Assembly (NCBI GenBank): GCA_963765495.1
Contig: CAVXWP010000012.1
Location: 1 to 64,000 of the forward strand
Direction: 5' to 3'
Source: Blastocatellia bacterium
Lineage (GTDB): Bacteria > Acidobacteriota > Blastocatellia > UBA7656
Length of the DNA: 64,000 bases
This document shows, piece by piece, positions 37,556 through 46,663 of this stretch (position 1 is the first letter of the stretch; every line of letters begins with the position of its first letter). The notes under the pieces are model-generated. The model was given only the letters and a program-made list of their open reading frames with translations, ran no database searches and was not told the origin of the DNA. The translations under genes and the position numbers were made by a program.

Positions 37556-39877
37556 TTACTGCGCGAGTCCGACACGGTCCGCGAGGTCTGCGAATCTCGC
37601 GTCTTTTCGCAGCGGGTCGAATACGGGGTCTACATTCAGAAAGGCAAGAAAACCGTATCTCTCCTCACAAGCCTTTTCAAGCCACGCAAAAGCCTTGTCT
37701 TTATCGCCGAGGCCGATGTGAATCCTGGCGATAAAGTAGGCGGGGATATATCTCTCTTTCGAAAGTTTGACGAGCGATTTAAGGACCTTTACGGCATCCT
37801 GTTTCCTGCCCGATACGGCATAGGTGTGACCAAGCGCCGCCACGGTTTCAGTATCTTCGCCTGAAAGCCCCACGGCTATTTGAAGATGTGATACGGCATC
37901 CTCATAGCGAGACTGCTGCTCGTATGCCTGCCCGAGGCGACGATGGGCGAGCGCAAATGACGGGTCGAGTTCAAGGGTGCGCCTGTATTGCTCGACGGCT
38001 TCCGGGTAACGTCTGGCCAGATAAAAAACCCATCCTGCGTTTGTGTTTATCGGCAGCGAGAGCGGGTCAATCAATTGCGCGCGTTCTATTTCCGCGAGGG
38101 CTTCATCGAACCTTCCCATTGCCGCCAGATCGAGCGCGTACCAGAGGTGAGCCGTCGCGTAGCCGGGGTTAAGTTTGAGCGCCAGTTGAAATTCCCGTTC
38201 CGCCGCTTTCCAGTCCCAGTCGTAGCCGAGCCGCACGAATGCAAGCGAGGTATGGGCCTCGGCCAGTTGCTCGTCAAGCTCAAGCGCCTTGATTGCCGAG
38301 GTCTTGGCGCGGGTGAAGGCTTCGTGAGGAGGCAGGGCGCTGTAGCTGGCCAGGATGTTATAAGAATCGGCGAGCCCCGCGTAGGCCAGCGCATAATTCG
38401 GGTCCGCTTCGATGGCCCGCTCGAAATACTCTATGCCCTTTTTCACCCCCTCAACCGTTCGCTTGTTCCACGAGTAACGGCCTTTGAGGTAAAGCTGATA
38501 GGCATCGGTCTTTTCGGTATATCGTCTGGTCAGCTTCTTCTTTTCCGCGCCGGTCAGTTTCAATCTCAGCTTGTCGGATATTTCCGTAGAGATCTCTTCT
38601 TCTATGGTAAAGATGTCTGTAAGTTTTCGGTTATACGTTCCGCCCCACAACTGAGAGCCGTCCGAGGTATCGACAAGTTCGGTCTTTATGACGAGCCCGT
38701 CCCCCCTGTGAAGAACCCTGCCTGTAAGGACTGCGCGTACGCCGAGCGAGCGCCCGGTTTCCATAGGATCGATCTCTTTGTCCTTGTAGCGAAAGACGGT
38801 GCTGCGCGCCATCACTCGCAACTCGGGCAATTGCGAGAGGGTGTTGATTATACTCTCCGTGATACCGTCGGAAAGATAATCCATGTCGGAGTCTTTGCTC
38901 GCGTTGATAAGCGGCAGTATGGCCAGAGAGTTTATCTTTTTGCTTGAGCGCTTTTTCTTAGGAGGCTTAATCTCTCCGGTAGCACTTGCGGGCACAAGGT
39001 CTGCCGTTATCGACGCTCGCTGGAGGTTGCGCAAGTCTGTTAAAAGCTCGCGTGCCGATTGATACCGGCGCTCTCGATCCTTCTCAAGACATTTGCGCGC
39101 TATGTGATCGAGATCGGCCGGAACCGAGTAATTAAATCGAGCTATCGCGGGCGGGTTCTTGTGTATGATTCCGTCGATGATTTCGGTGAAGCTCTCTCCA
39201 TCAAACGGCATACGCCCGGTGAGCATTTCATAGATAACCACGCCCAGACTGAACAGGTCCGAGCGGTGATCTACGGTGTGACCGAGCGCCTGCTCGGGCG
39301 ACATATAGGCGACGGTCCCGACGACGATTCCGGCAGAGGTCTGTTTGCTGAGCGGAACCGTGGGCGCATTCTCGTCTTCGAAATCTTCGGTCTCGCCCGG
39401 TGCCTGATCTATAAATTTAGCAAGCCCGAAATCGAGCACCTTTACAAGCCCGCGTTCGTTGATGATCAGGTTAGCGCTCTTGATGTCTCGATGTACGACT
39501 CCCTGCGAGTGGGCTTCGTCAAGCGCATCGGCAACCTGCGCGGCTATGCTCACGACTTCGCGCGCCGAGAGCAGTCCCCGCTCGATTCGCTGGGAGAGCA
39601 TTTCGCCTTCGACATACTCCATAACGATATAGCGCGAGCCTTGATGCTCGCCTATGTCATAGATGGCGGCGATTGAAGGAGAGCGAAGACCGGAAGCGGC
39701 ACGCGCCTCTTTCAGAAACCTCGCACTGCGAACGGGGTCATACTGGTAGGAGGCGGGCAAGAGTTTTAGAGCTATTTGTCGGCCGAGCCTGACGTCTTCG
39801 GCCAGAAAGACCTCTCCCATCCCACCTGCTCCGAGTTTTTTGATTATGCGGTAATGAGAGATAATTTCCGGCGTCAT
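37556..39877 (-). CDS. Hanks-type Ser/Thr kinase with TolB-like and TPR domains
   Basis: GAGGMGEV, ALK, HRDIKSAN, DFG, YMSPEQ; SLAILP..DGITE; TPR repeats. Confidence 0.95.
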   Translation of the reverse strand: MTPEIISHYRIIKKLGAGGMGEVFLAEDVRLGRQIALKLLPASYQYDPVRSARFLKEARAASGLRSPSIAAIYDIGEHQGSRYIVMEYVEGEMLSQRIERGLLSAREVVSIAAQVADALDEAHSQGVVHRDIKSANLIINERGLVKVLDFGLAKFIDQAPGETEDFEDENAPTVPLSKQTSAGIVVGTVAYMSPEQALGHTVDHRSDLFSLGVVIYEMLTGRMPFDGESFTEIIDGIIHKNPPAIARFNYSVPADLDHIARKCLEKDRERRYQSARELLTDLRNLQRASITADLVPASATGEIKPPKKKRSSKKINSLAILPLINASKDSDMDYLSDGITESIINTLSQLPELRVMARSTVFRYKDKEIDPMETGRSLGVRAVLTGRVLHRGDGLVIKTELVDTSDGSQLWGGTYNRKLTDIFTIEEEISTEISDKLRLKLTGAEKKKLTRRYTEKTDAYQLYLKGRYSWNKRTVEGVKKGIEYFERAIEADPNYALAYAGLADSYNILASYSALPPHEAFTRAKTSAIKALELDEQLAEAHTSLAFVRLGYDWDWKAAEREFQLALKLNPGYATAHLWYALDLAAMGRFDEALAEIERAQLIDPLSLPINTNAGWVFYLARRYPEAVEQYRRTLELDPSFALAHRRLGQAYEQQSRYEDAVSHLQIAVGLSGEDTETVAALGHTYAVSGRKQDAVKVLKSLVKLSKERYIPAYFIARIHIGLGDKDKAFAWLEKACEERYGFLAFLNVDPVFDPLRKDARFADLADRVGLAQ

Positions 39878-40030
39878 CGTATTTTGGCCTCTGGGCAGCA
39901 AACAGCCGTCAGACTGACGAGGAGTATAGCCGATTAAGCCCTGTGATTGCATGTCAACTCATGATACGCCGGTTCTTGCTATACCAGATGGGTGAAGACA
40001 ATCGTTGAATGTAAACACTCCGCAAAACTT

Positions 40031-40633
40031 TCAGGGCTTCTGCTCCTGCTCTTCTTCCTTCTCTGTACTGAAGAACTCCTGATCCTCTTCGATGACTCGT
40101 CGTTCAAAGCGGGTGATGATATAGACTGTGGCCAGTATGATAACGCCTATGAGAAGAATTATCTGGATGCGATGCAGGTCGCCGATCAGCTTCTCTATTC
40201 CGGTGGCGAAGGTGAATCCCGCCCCGGCCAGTATGCCTACCCAGAGAGCGCAACTTGCCAGCGTGAGCAAAGCGAATTTACCGAATCCGAATTGAGCAAG
40301 CCCCCAGAAGATCGCGCTCGTGGTTCTCAGCCCGTAGACATACTTGACGATAAAGACCGAAAGCACGCCGAATTTCCTCATCAATTTTTCTATGCGAGGA
40401 CGGGCGCGCACAAAAAATTGCAGGGTCCTGGCCCGCTCGCGAAAGCGCGCTCCTATCAGATAGCTCAACGAATCGCCTGCAAAACCGCCTATCGTGCCCA
40501 CAACTAACGCTTCTTCGAGTGAGAAGACACCGGCGCGGGCGAGCACGCCTGCAAGAAGCAGAGTCAAATCGCCTTCGATCATGGTTCCGAAAAATACTGC
40601 CCACAGCCCGTATCTTTGCAGCAGTTCGTACAT
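40031..40633 (-). CDS. DedA family membrane protein
   Basis: IEGD, GDSLSY.IG, KYVYGLR. Confidence 0.88.
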   Translation of the reverse strand: MYELLQRYGLWAVFFGTMIEGDLTLLLAGVLARAGVFSLEEALVVGTIGGFAGDSLSYLIGARFRERARTLQFFVRARPRIEKLMRKFGVLSVFIVKYVYGLRTTSAIFWGLAQFGFGKFALLTLASCALWVGILAGAGFTFATGIEKLIGDLHRIQIILLIGVIILATVYIITRFERRVIEEDQEFFSTEKEEEQEQKP

Positions 40634-40871
40634 AGAGACTCAGGACCCGCGAGACGGTTTTGGACCAGCGTCTCTTCGGGTCTGTGGATTGTAGCCTATT
40701 CTGGGCGAATTGACATGTGTTAAATCGAACTGCGCCAGAAAAGGCTTTGCCGGAATTCATAAGAATCCACCTGTATAAAGAGAGCATCCAGGTTGAATCT
40801 TGTCGGATCCTGTGAGTCCTTTCAAAAAAATCAGAGGCTACTGTACGGTCTATGGAGCGGCTGCGGCAAAA

Positions 40872-40901
40872 TTGACAGCCCTTTCTCGCCTTTGTTATTC
40901 T
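40872..40901 (+). promoter_or_regulatory. Sigma70-type promoter of the ROK gene
   Basis: TTGACA, 18 bp, extended -10 TGT-TATTCT. Confidence 0.6.
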
Positions 40902-40949
40902 GAAATATCGAGTTAGCTTTCGAAAGTCAGCCGTAAATAAGGACTGTTT

Positions 40950-41930
40950 ATGACAACCAGCCAGGAGAACGACCCTGTCTATATCGGCATTGATCTCGGC
41001 GGTACGACGCTAAAGGGAGCGCTAGTCAGTTCAGCCGGCGAGATAATACACGAAATCCGTTTCGGAACCGAGCAGCGAAACTCCGAGCAACTGCTCGCGC
41101 AAATTGTCGAAGCGGTGCGCACTCTCAGCCAGAACGAAAAGGCGGCGGGGCGGGCGCGCGCCGTCGGAATAGGAGTGCCCGGGCTTGTAAATCGAAAGAC
41201 GAATCGCATCGAAGTCATGCCCAATCTGCCCGAGCTTTCCAAAATTGATCTCAAGACCGAACTGACTCGCGAGACGAGCCTGCCGGTCATCCTCGATAAT
41301 GATGCCAACTCGGCCGCATACGGCGAGCTTATGGTGGGAGCCGCGCGCGACCGGCAGGATGTCTTCTTCATATCAATGGGAACGGGCATCGGGGCCGGGT
41401 TGATAATCAACGGACAGATATATCGAGGGGCCGCCGGGTTTGCGGGCGAGTTTGGTCACATGACGATTGACCCGGAAGGCATCGAATGCGCCTGCGGCAA
41501 TATAGGCTGTCTTGAAACCATCGCTTCGGGGCCAAACATCGTTCGCCGCACACGCGAGCGTCTCTATCGAGACCGAACCTCTTCGCTGTCGCGCCTTGCA
41601 ATTCCGCGAGACCGCGAATTCACAGCCGAAGACATAGCTCATGCCGCGCGCGAGGGCGACGAGATGGCTCAGGTGATGATGGAACGAACGGGAATGTTTC
41701 TGGGCATAGCCATCGCCGCGGTAATAAATCTTTTGAACGTCGAGATAGTGGTGATGGGCGGTGGAGTGATGGAAGCCGGAGATCTGATCTTGAAACCCAC
41801 GGTCAAAGAGACGCGGCGGCGAGCCTTTCCGCCTTCGTTTGGAAGCTGCGAAATCGTGATCGCGGAACTCGGCCCTTCGGCAGGGATGATAGGAGCAGCC
41901 CTGCTTGCGCGCGATCAAGCCACCGATTAA
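40950..41930 (+). CDS. ROK family sugar kinase (glucokinase-like)
   Basis: DLGGT, NDANSAA.GE, GTGIGAG, GEFGH, CACGNIGCLE. Confidence 0.92.
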   Translation: MTTSQENDPVYIGIDLGGTTLKGALVSSAGEIIHEIRFGTEQRNSEQLLAQIVEAVRTLSQNEKAAGRARAVGIGVPGLVNRKTNRIEVMPNLPELSKIDLKTELTRETSLPVILDNDANSAAYGELMVGAARDRQDVFFISMGTGIGAGLIINGQIYRGAAGFAGEFGHMTIDPEGIECACGNIGCLETIASGPNIVRRTRERLYRDRTSSLSRLAIPRDREFTAEDIAHAAREGDEMAQVMMERTGMFLGIAIAAVINLLNVEIVVMGGGVMEAGDLILKPTVKETRRRAFPPSFGSCEIVIAELGPSAGMIGAALLARDQATD

Positions 41931-41948
41931 TTTCAATCAGGATCAATT

Positions 41949-43121
41949 TCAAACGGTCTCGATCAACCTTGTGACGAGCGCGGCGCGGCGAGCTATATCG
42001 CTGATTCGAATGTGTTCGTGTTCGGCGTGCGCCCCCGCCCCGTCAACACCAAGCCCGTCGAGAACGGGCGTCCCCAGCGCCGCAATAAAATTCCCGTCCG
42101 ACCCTCCCCCGACTGTACCTTCCTGGAGATCGTAGCCGATCTCGGCACCAAGCGCCCTTGCGTGATCGAAGAGCGCGGCAATCGCTTCCGTGCGAACCAT
42201 CGGGGGGCGATTTATTCCACCGCGCAACTCAAGGCTCGCCCCTTCAAGAACGGGGCGAAGCGCGCTCATCGCCTCAGTGACGCGGTTGCCTTCTTCGATT
42301 GTCCTGAACCGCATATCAATAGTGGCTCGCGCCTCGGCCGCCACAACATTCGACAGCACCCCGCCGCGAACTACGCCTACGTTGAGCGTAGTGCCCCGGT
42401 CATAATCGCCAATACGATTTATAGCGAGTATCTGGTGCGCCATCTCTGTGATCGCGCTTACGCCCGAGCGCGGGTCATTGCCTGCGTGAGCGGGCTTGCC
42501 TCGCGCTATCAACTCGAACTCGCCTATGCCTTTGCGCCCCGTCTTGACCGCGCCGCCCGGAATTGGGGGTTCAAGAACGAGCGCGGCTCTTGCTGCCCGG
42601 CCTTCCTCTTCGATAATCTCGCGCGAAAAATGGCTGCCTGTCTCTTCGTCACAGGTCATCAGGAAGGTCACGGGTCGGCGAGCAGTTCGTCGGGTCTCTT
42701 TGAGGGCGCGCATCGCAAAGACTGCTATCGCCACGCCTGCCTTCATATCGAATATGCCCGGACCGTAGGCCCTATCCCCTTCAACGCGAAAGGGGCGCGA
42801 GGCGAGCGTACCAAGAGGCCAGACCGTGTCGAGGTGACCGACTATGAGCAGGTGGTTTCCGCCTCCGGCTCTGTCGTCGGATGAGTTACAGGCGAAGCGG
42901 GCTCTGAGTGTCGCGCCGTAGAGCGGGTCGGCGAGCAGTTCGACATCGGCCCCCACGAGAGAGAGACGATACGCAAGATTTTCAGCTATGCGGCGATTGG
43001 CTTCGGCCTCACGCGACATGGATTCCTGTTCGACCAGCCACCGGATGAATTCCAGCATCTCGGATTGACTATGCTCAAAGTAATTCAGCAACTTTGCCGC
43101 GTCGGGATTTGCGGTTTCCAT
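41949..43121 (-). CDS. M20 metallopeptidase (glutamate carboxypeptidase-like)
   Basis: GHLDTVW, DMKAG, DEETGS, AHAG, GGSDGN, GAHAEHE. Confidence 0.9.
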   Translation of the reverse strand: METANPDAAKLLNYFEHSQSEMLEFIRWLVEQESMSREAEANRRIAENLAYRLSLVGADVELLADPLYGATLRARFACNSSDDRAGGGNHLLIVGHLDTVWPLGTLASRPFRVEGDRAYGPGIFDMKAGVAIAVFAMRALKETRRTARRPVTFLMTCDEETGSHFSREIIEEEGRAARAALVLEPPIPGGAVKTGRKGIGEFELIARGKPAHAGNDPRSGVSAITEMAHQILAINRIGDYDRGTTLNVGVVRGGVLSNVVAAEARATIDMRFRTIEEGNRVTEAMSALRPVLEGASLELRGGINRPPMVRTEAIAALFDHARALGAEIGYDLQEGTVGGGSDGNFIAALGTPVLDGLGVDGAGAHAEHEHIRISDIARRAALVTRLIETV

Positions 43122-43171
43122 AAGACCAATATTTATCAGAGAGAGAAGCGCGAGCGCCAGCCCGCAAATCG

Positions 43172-43216
43172 AAGCGCCGGGTTTCTTTCATTAGTCTTGA
43201 AAGAAACCCGGCGCTT
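43172..43216. terminator. Perfect 19-bp hairpin, probable terminator or RNA-stabilising stem
   Basis: AAGCGCCGGGTTTCTTTCA-ttagtct-TGAAAGAAACCCGGCGCTT. Confidence 0.7.
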
Positions 43217-43242
43217 TGATCGAGCCTCGATAATGGGCGGAC

Positions 43243-43761
43243 TTATTTCTTGTTTAGCAGGCCGTCAATGATAGCCGACATATCGTTTACGAAATCCGAA
43301 TTGGGATTGAAGCCGCCACGAGGCTGGCCATACACCTGACCTTGCTGATTCACGACTACGATTGTAGGCATCACCTTGCCGCCATAGCTCTTAAATGCCG
43401 CCCGATTGGGATCGCGCAAAACGACTACCGAACCCGCGGGTCCGCACGGGCTGTTGAGCTTGGTGTTGCTCGCATCGGCTTCCGTGTCTATGCTGACCCA
43501 ATAGACCTGAACATCTTTGCCCTTGTATCTATCGGCCAGCGACGAAAGCGCTTTGAATTCGTCGCGGCATTGCGGGTCCTGTACCCCGCCGAACAGGAGA
43601 ACCACTACTTTCCCTTGCAGGCCGGATAAAGATACAGTCTGCCCATTCGGCATCATGAACTTGAGGTCCTGCTTCGCGCCCGCCGGTATAGCCAGGCAGG
43701 TTGCGATGACAAGTGAAAATATGATTGCCCTCAAGCTGCGAAATTTGTTTAACATCCTCAT
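43243..43761 (-). CDS. Exported TlpA/redoxin-fold protein without CxxC
   Basis: VSLSGLQGKVVVLLF...DPQC; WVSID; MPTIVVVNQQG. Confidence 0.75.
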   Translation of the reverse strand: MRMLNKFRSLRAIIFSLVIATCLAIPAGAKQDLKFMMPNGQTVSLSGLQGKVVVLLFGGVQDPQCRDEFKALSSLADRYKGKDVQVYWVSIDTEADASNTKLNSPCGPAGSVVVLRDPNRAAFKSYGGKVMPTIVVVNQQGQVYGQPRGGFNPNSDFVNDMSAIIDGLLNKK

Positions 43762-43959
43762 CCCCTTTTCAGTTGTATAGACCTGAACTGGTCTCAGCCC
43801 TTAGATGCAGCCCCGCGCTCCAAAGTTCGATGCCGCATTTATTTATCGGGGCGCTTACATTTACGGTCTGGTTCAAAAAATAACCTGTTGGGCGAACACT
43901 TCAATTCTAGCAGGTCAGACCCATCTGTGACCAGTTGCGGCTCCGCAGATCAAAATCCG

Positions 43960-44688
43960 TCACCTGACGTTATTGTGTGAGTGGACACGTCTGCCTCGCA
44001 ACAACAGATACCCCGCGCCGACGACGACGGCCAGCGCCATAATCCCTATCAAGGCTAAAAACAATGTGTGCGAAGAAGAGGTTTCGCCTGTGGGCGATTC
44101 ACCATTTGCGATTGGCGGTCGCGATACCTGAGCGGCAAATGAGTTGAGGGCGCTCTCTGCGGCCGATGACGATTCATCGAAGTGCCGCGCATCATCGCTG
44201 AAGGTGAACAGGTATGTGCGTTTGTGCTCCTGAATCGGCACGTATGCCTGACGCGACTGCACAAGAGCGTCTCCCTGTTTGTAGGTCAGGTCCATCTGCA
44301 ATGCGTCAAAGCCTGAAACCTTGATCTTCTTACGATCAACGACACGGGCTGAACTGAGCCCACGATCTTCAAAGCCCGCTGTCAAATCAGATTCAATGGC
44401 CTTGATCTGATCCTCATCCAGACTGATCGCGTTGTCTAAAGCGGTCAGATTGATGACGGGTCGGGTGTTGTCTTCGCGCTTTGGGCCGAGGTATTGAACC
44501 AGCACATCCGAGCGGACGCCTTTGTCTTCGACCCAATCGGGCGGCGGCTGAAAGGAGATGCCGTATCGTTTGTTGGAATAGCGGGTATCCTGCGCCGAGG
44601 CTGTCGAAATACATAATACGGCTACGGCTACGACTATAACTACTTTCACGCCCTTTTGTTTCGCTATTTCCTTTGTGTGGAATTTCAT
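43960..44688 (-). CDS. Exported PsbP/DcrB-like protein with a C-terminal membrane anchor
   Basis: Signal peptide ASA-Q; YGISFQPPPDW; C-terminal TM helix followed by RGRR. Confidence 0.6.
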   Translation of the reverse strand: MKFHTKEIAKQKGVKVVIVVAVAVLCISTASAQDTRYSNKRYGISFQPPPDWVEDKGVRSDVLVQYLGPKREDNTRPVINLTALDNAISLDEDQIKAIESDLTAGFEDRGLSSARVVDRKKIKVSGFDALQMDLTYKQGDALVQSRQAYVPIQEHKRTYLFTFSDDARHFDESSSAAESALNSFAAQVSRPPIANGESPTGETSSSHTLFLALIGIMALAVVVGAGYLLLRGRRVHSHNNVR

Positions 44689-44749
44689 TATTTATCTCTC
44701 CAGGCTCTTTCAGGTTGAAATGAGAGCGCGTTCGGCTTATACCAGAATT

Positions 44750-45331
44750 ATGATCTCAGCAGTGCTTCTGGCCGCGGGCCAGTCACGACGAATGGGCGAA
44801 TTCAAACAACTGCTCACCTTTGGCGGTAAGACTTTCGTCGAATGCTGCCTTGACAATCTGCTTCGATCTCGCGCGGGCGAGGTCATAGTCGTAACGGGTC
44901 ATCGCGCCGAGGATGTCCGCAAAGCCGCAGGCAATCGCCCCGTCAAATTCATTTACAATCCCGACTATCACGCTGGTATGAGCGCGTCTATCAAGCGAGG
45001 TATTGAGGCACTGGCAGACACGGCGGAGGCCGTGATGATTGCTCTTGTGGATCAGCCCCAGATCGGACCTGATGTCTGCAATCGGATCATCGAAGCATAC
45101 GAAAGACTGCGACCGCTCATTGTCGTACCTACTTTTAATGGTCGAAAAGGCCATCCCTTAATCCTGGATTTGAGTCTCAAAGCGCAAATCCTGGCTCTGG
45201 ACCCGGCGCAAGGATTGAGGCAGGTTGTCGAGGATCACAAGAGCCGGATTCATCATATTGAAGTTGCCACCGAAGATGTGTTGATAGACTGCGACTTTCC
45301 AGAAGATTATCGCCGCCTCTCCAATCGATGA
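44750..45331 (+). CDS. mocA: Molybdenum cofactor cytidylyltransferase-like nucleotidyltransferase
   Basis: LAAGQSRRMG..KQLL, NPDY..GMSAS, LVDQP, GHP, DCDFPEDY. Confidence 0.82.
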   Translation: MISAVLLAAGQSRRMGEFKQLLTFGGKTFVECCLDNLLRSRAGEVIVVTGHRAEDVRKAAGNRPVKFIYNPDYHAGMSASIKRGIEALADTAEAVMIALVDQPQIGPDVCNRIIEAYERLRPLIVVPTFNGRKGHPLILDLSLKAQILALDPAQGLRQVVEDHKSRIHHIEVATEDVLIDCDFPEDYRRLSNR

Positions 45332-45439
45332 TGATTACGCATCGCTGCAATTACAAAGCTACTTATTACCCAGCCTGATTACTTACTACCCGTTACTTAC
45401 TTCCCAACAGCAGAAAATGTACGCATCTTAAACGACGAA

Positions 45440-45463
45440 GAGGCCAAGACAAGTCTCGGCCTC
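45440..45463 (-). terminator. Hairpin downstream of the zinc-ribbon gene
   Basis: Minus strand GAGGCCGAGAC-TT-GTCTTGGCCTC with one G.U pair. Confidence 0.5.
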
Positions 45464-45492
45464 TCCATAAATCCACTATGTTCGTTCGGCCT

Positions 45493-45861
45493 TTAGACAG
45501 CGATCTTTTCGGCCCTGTTTGCGCGCGATGCCGGTGTTTCAAAGGCAAGGACTCTGCCATTGCCTGATGCGGCGGCATATGCAGCCACGCGCTCGGCTCT
45601 AAGTTGCAGCGCATTAAGGGCGAGGCTCGATGCCAGCATATAGCTGTGGCCTCCGCACTGATGACAGTTGCCCGATGCGTCAAGATATGTTTTAACGGGG
45701 AGTTCGTTATCGCCAGAACAGTCGCCGCAGATTATCTGCACACCAAGAGTTGGTATTGGCGCTCGGGGCTGGGTCAACTGTGCGGCATCCGTTTTCCGGG
45801 TCTTCATAAATATCAAACTCAAAACCAGAGTCGTCACTGTTGCCGCAATAATAATCGCCAT
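45493..45861 (-). CDS. Small membrane-anchored zinc-ribbon protein
   Basis: N-terminal TM helix; CGDC...CHQC; GGAG site. Confidence 0.75.
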   Translation of the reverse strand: MAIIIAATVTTLVLSLIFMKTRKTDAAQLTQPRAPIPTLGVQIICGDCSGDNELPVKTYLDASGNCHQCGGHSYMLASSLALNALQLRAERVAAYAAASGNGRVLAFETPASRANRAEKIAV

Positions 45862-46295
45862 ACTCTCTCCTTCTCTTTCTAATCCACCTTAACTTGCGAC
45901 CAACTGCTCGCCGCCTCTCTCCACTTTACGAACGAATCAACGACGAAGATTTGCTTTAATGAAATAAAATGCAAAGTATCGCCATATTTTCATATAGCAA
46001 TGAGTATGCCATTAATGCCTTCCAGCGCCTTTAAACTTATGATTGTTCGTAAATTAGACTTTAAGAGAAGAATCCATCGTCTAAGCGGGAAATTTGCAGT
46101 AAAAGATGGGATAAAAATGCAAGATAACAGTACAAAGCCGTACCATATTGCATCACTGGCTAACCGGCAACCCTCCGGTCAAAATTCAAGTATCAGACAA
46201 GTTTGAACGAAGAATATCATCCTTGCAGTCAACCTGACTCAAAGGGGGGTAGATTTCGCGATATAAAAGGTTTCCGCCAGAGCGGCGGATCAGAA

Positions 46296-46553
46296 CTATG
46301 TTCGCCCGCGTAATTGACGCCAGATCAGGAGCAATATGATTGCGCCGGCCAGCGAAAGCAGAAAGCCGGCGGGTCTGAACCCAGTGCCTTCGTTTCTCCA
46401 GATCAAAGATGCGATGAATCCACCCAGGAGTGAGCCTCCGATTCCAAGCAGGGCGGTCATAAAACAGCCCATCGGATCACGTCCGGGAACGAGAAGCCGC
46501 GCAAGCCCTCCAATGATTACTCCAACTATCAGGGACCAGATTATCCACATCAT
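46296..46553 (-). CDS. GlsB/YeaQ/YmgE (transglycosylase-associated) membrane protein
   Basis: GGLARLLVPG; LLGIGGSLLGG; GAIILL. Confidence 0.9.
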   Translation of the reverse strand: MMWIIWSLIVGVIIGGLARLLVPGRDPMGCFMTALLGIGGSLLGGFIASLIWRNEGTGFRPAGFLLSLAGAIILLLIWRQLRGRT

Positions 46554-46663
46554 ACAGATTTCTCCTTTAGGCAGGATATCCAAGCCGTCACAGGTACTGC
46601 TCGATATTAGCCAGCGTAGCCGAGGGTGTCAATTAAATTGGAGTGTTGCGCCGGGGCGAGTAT

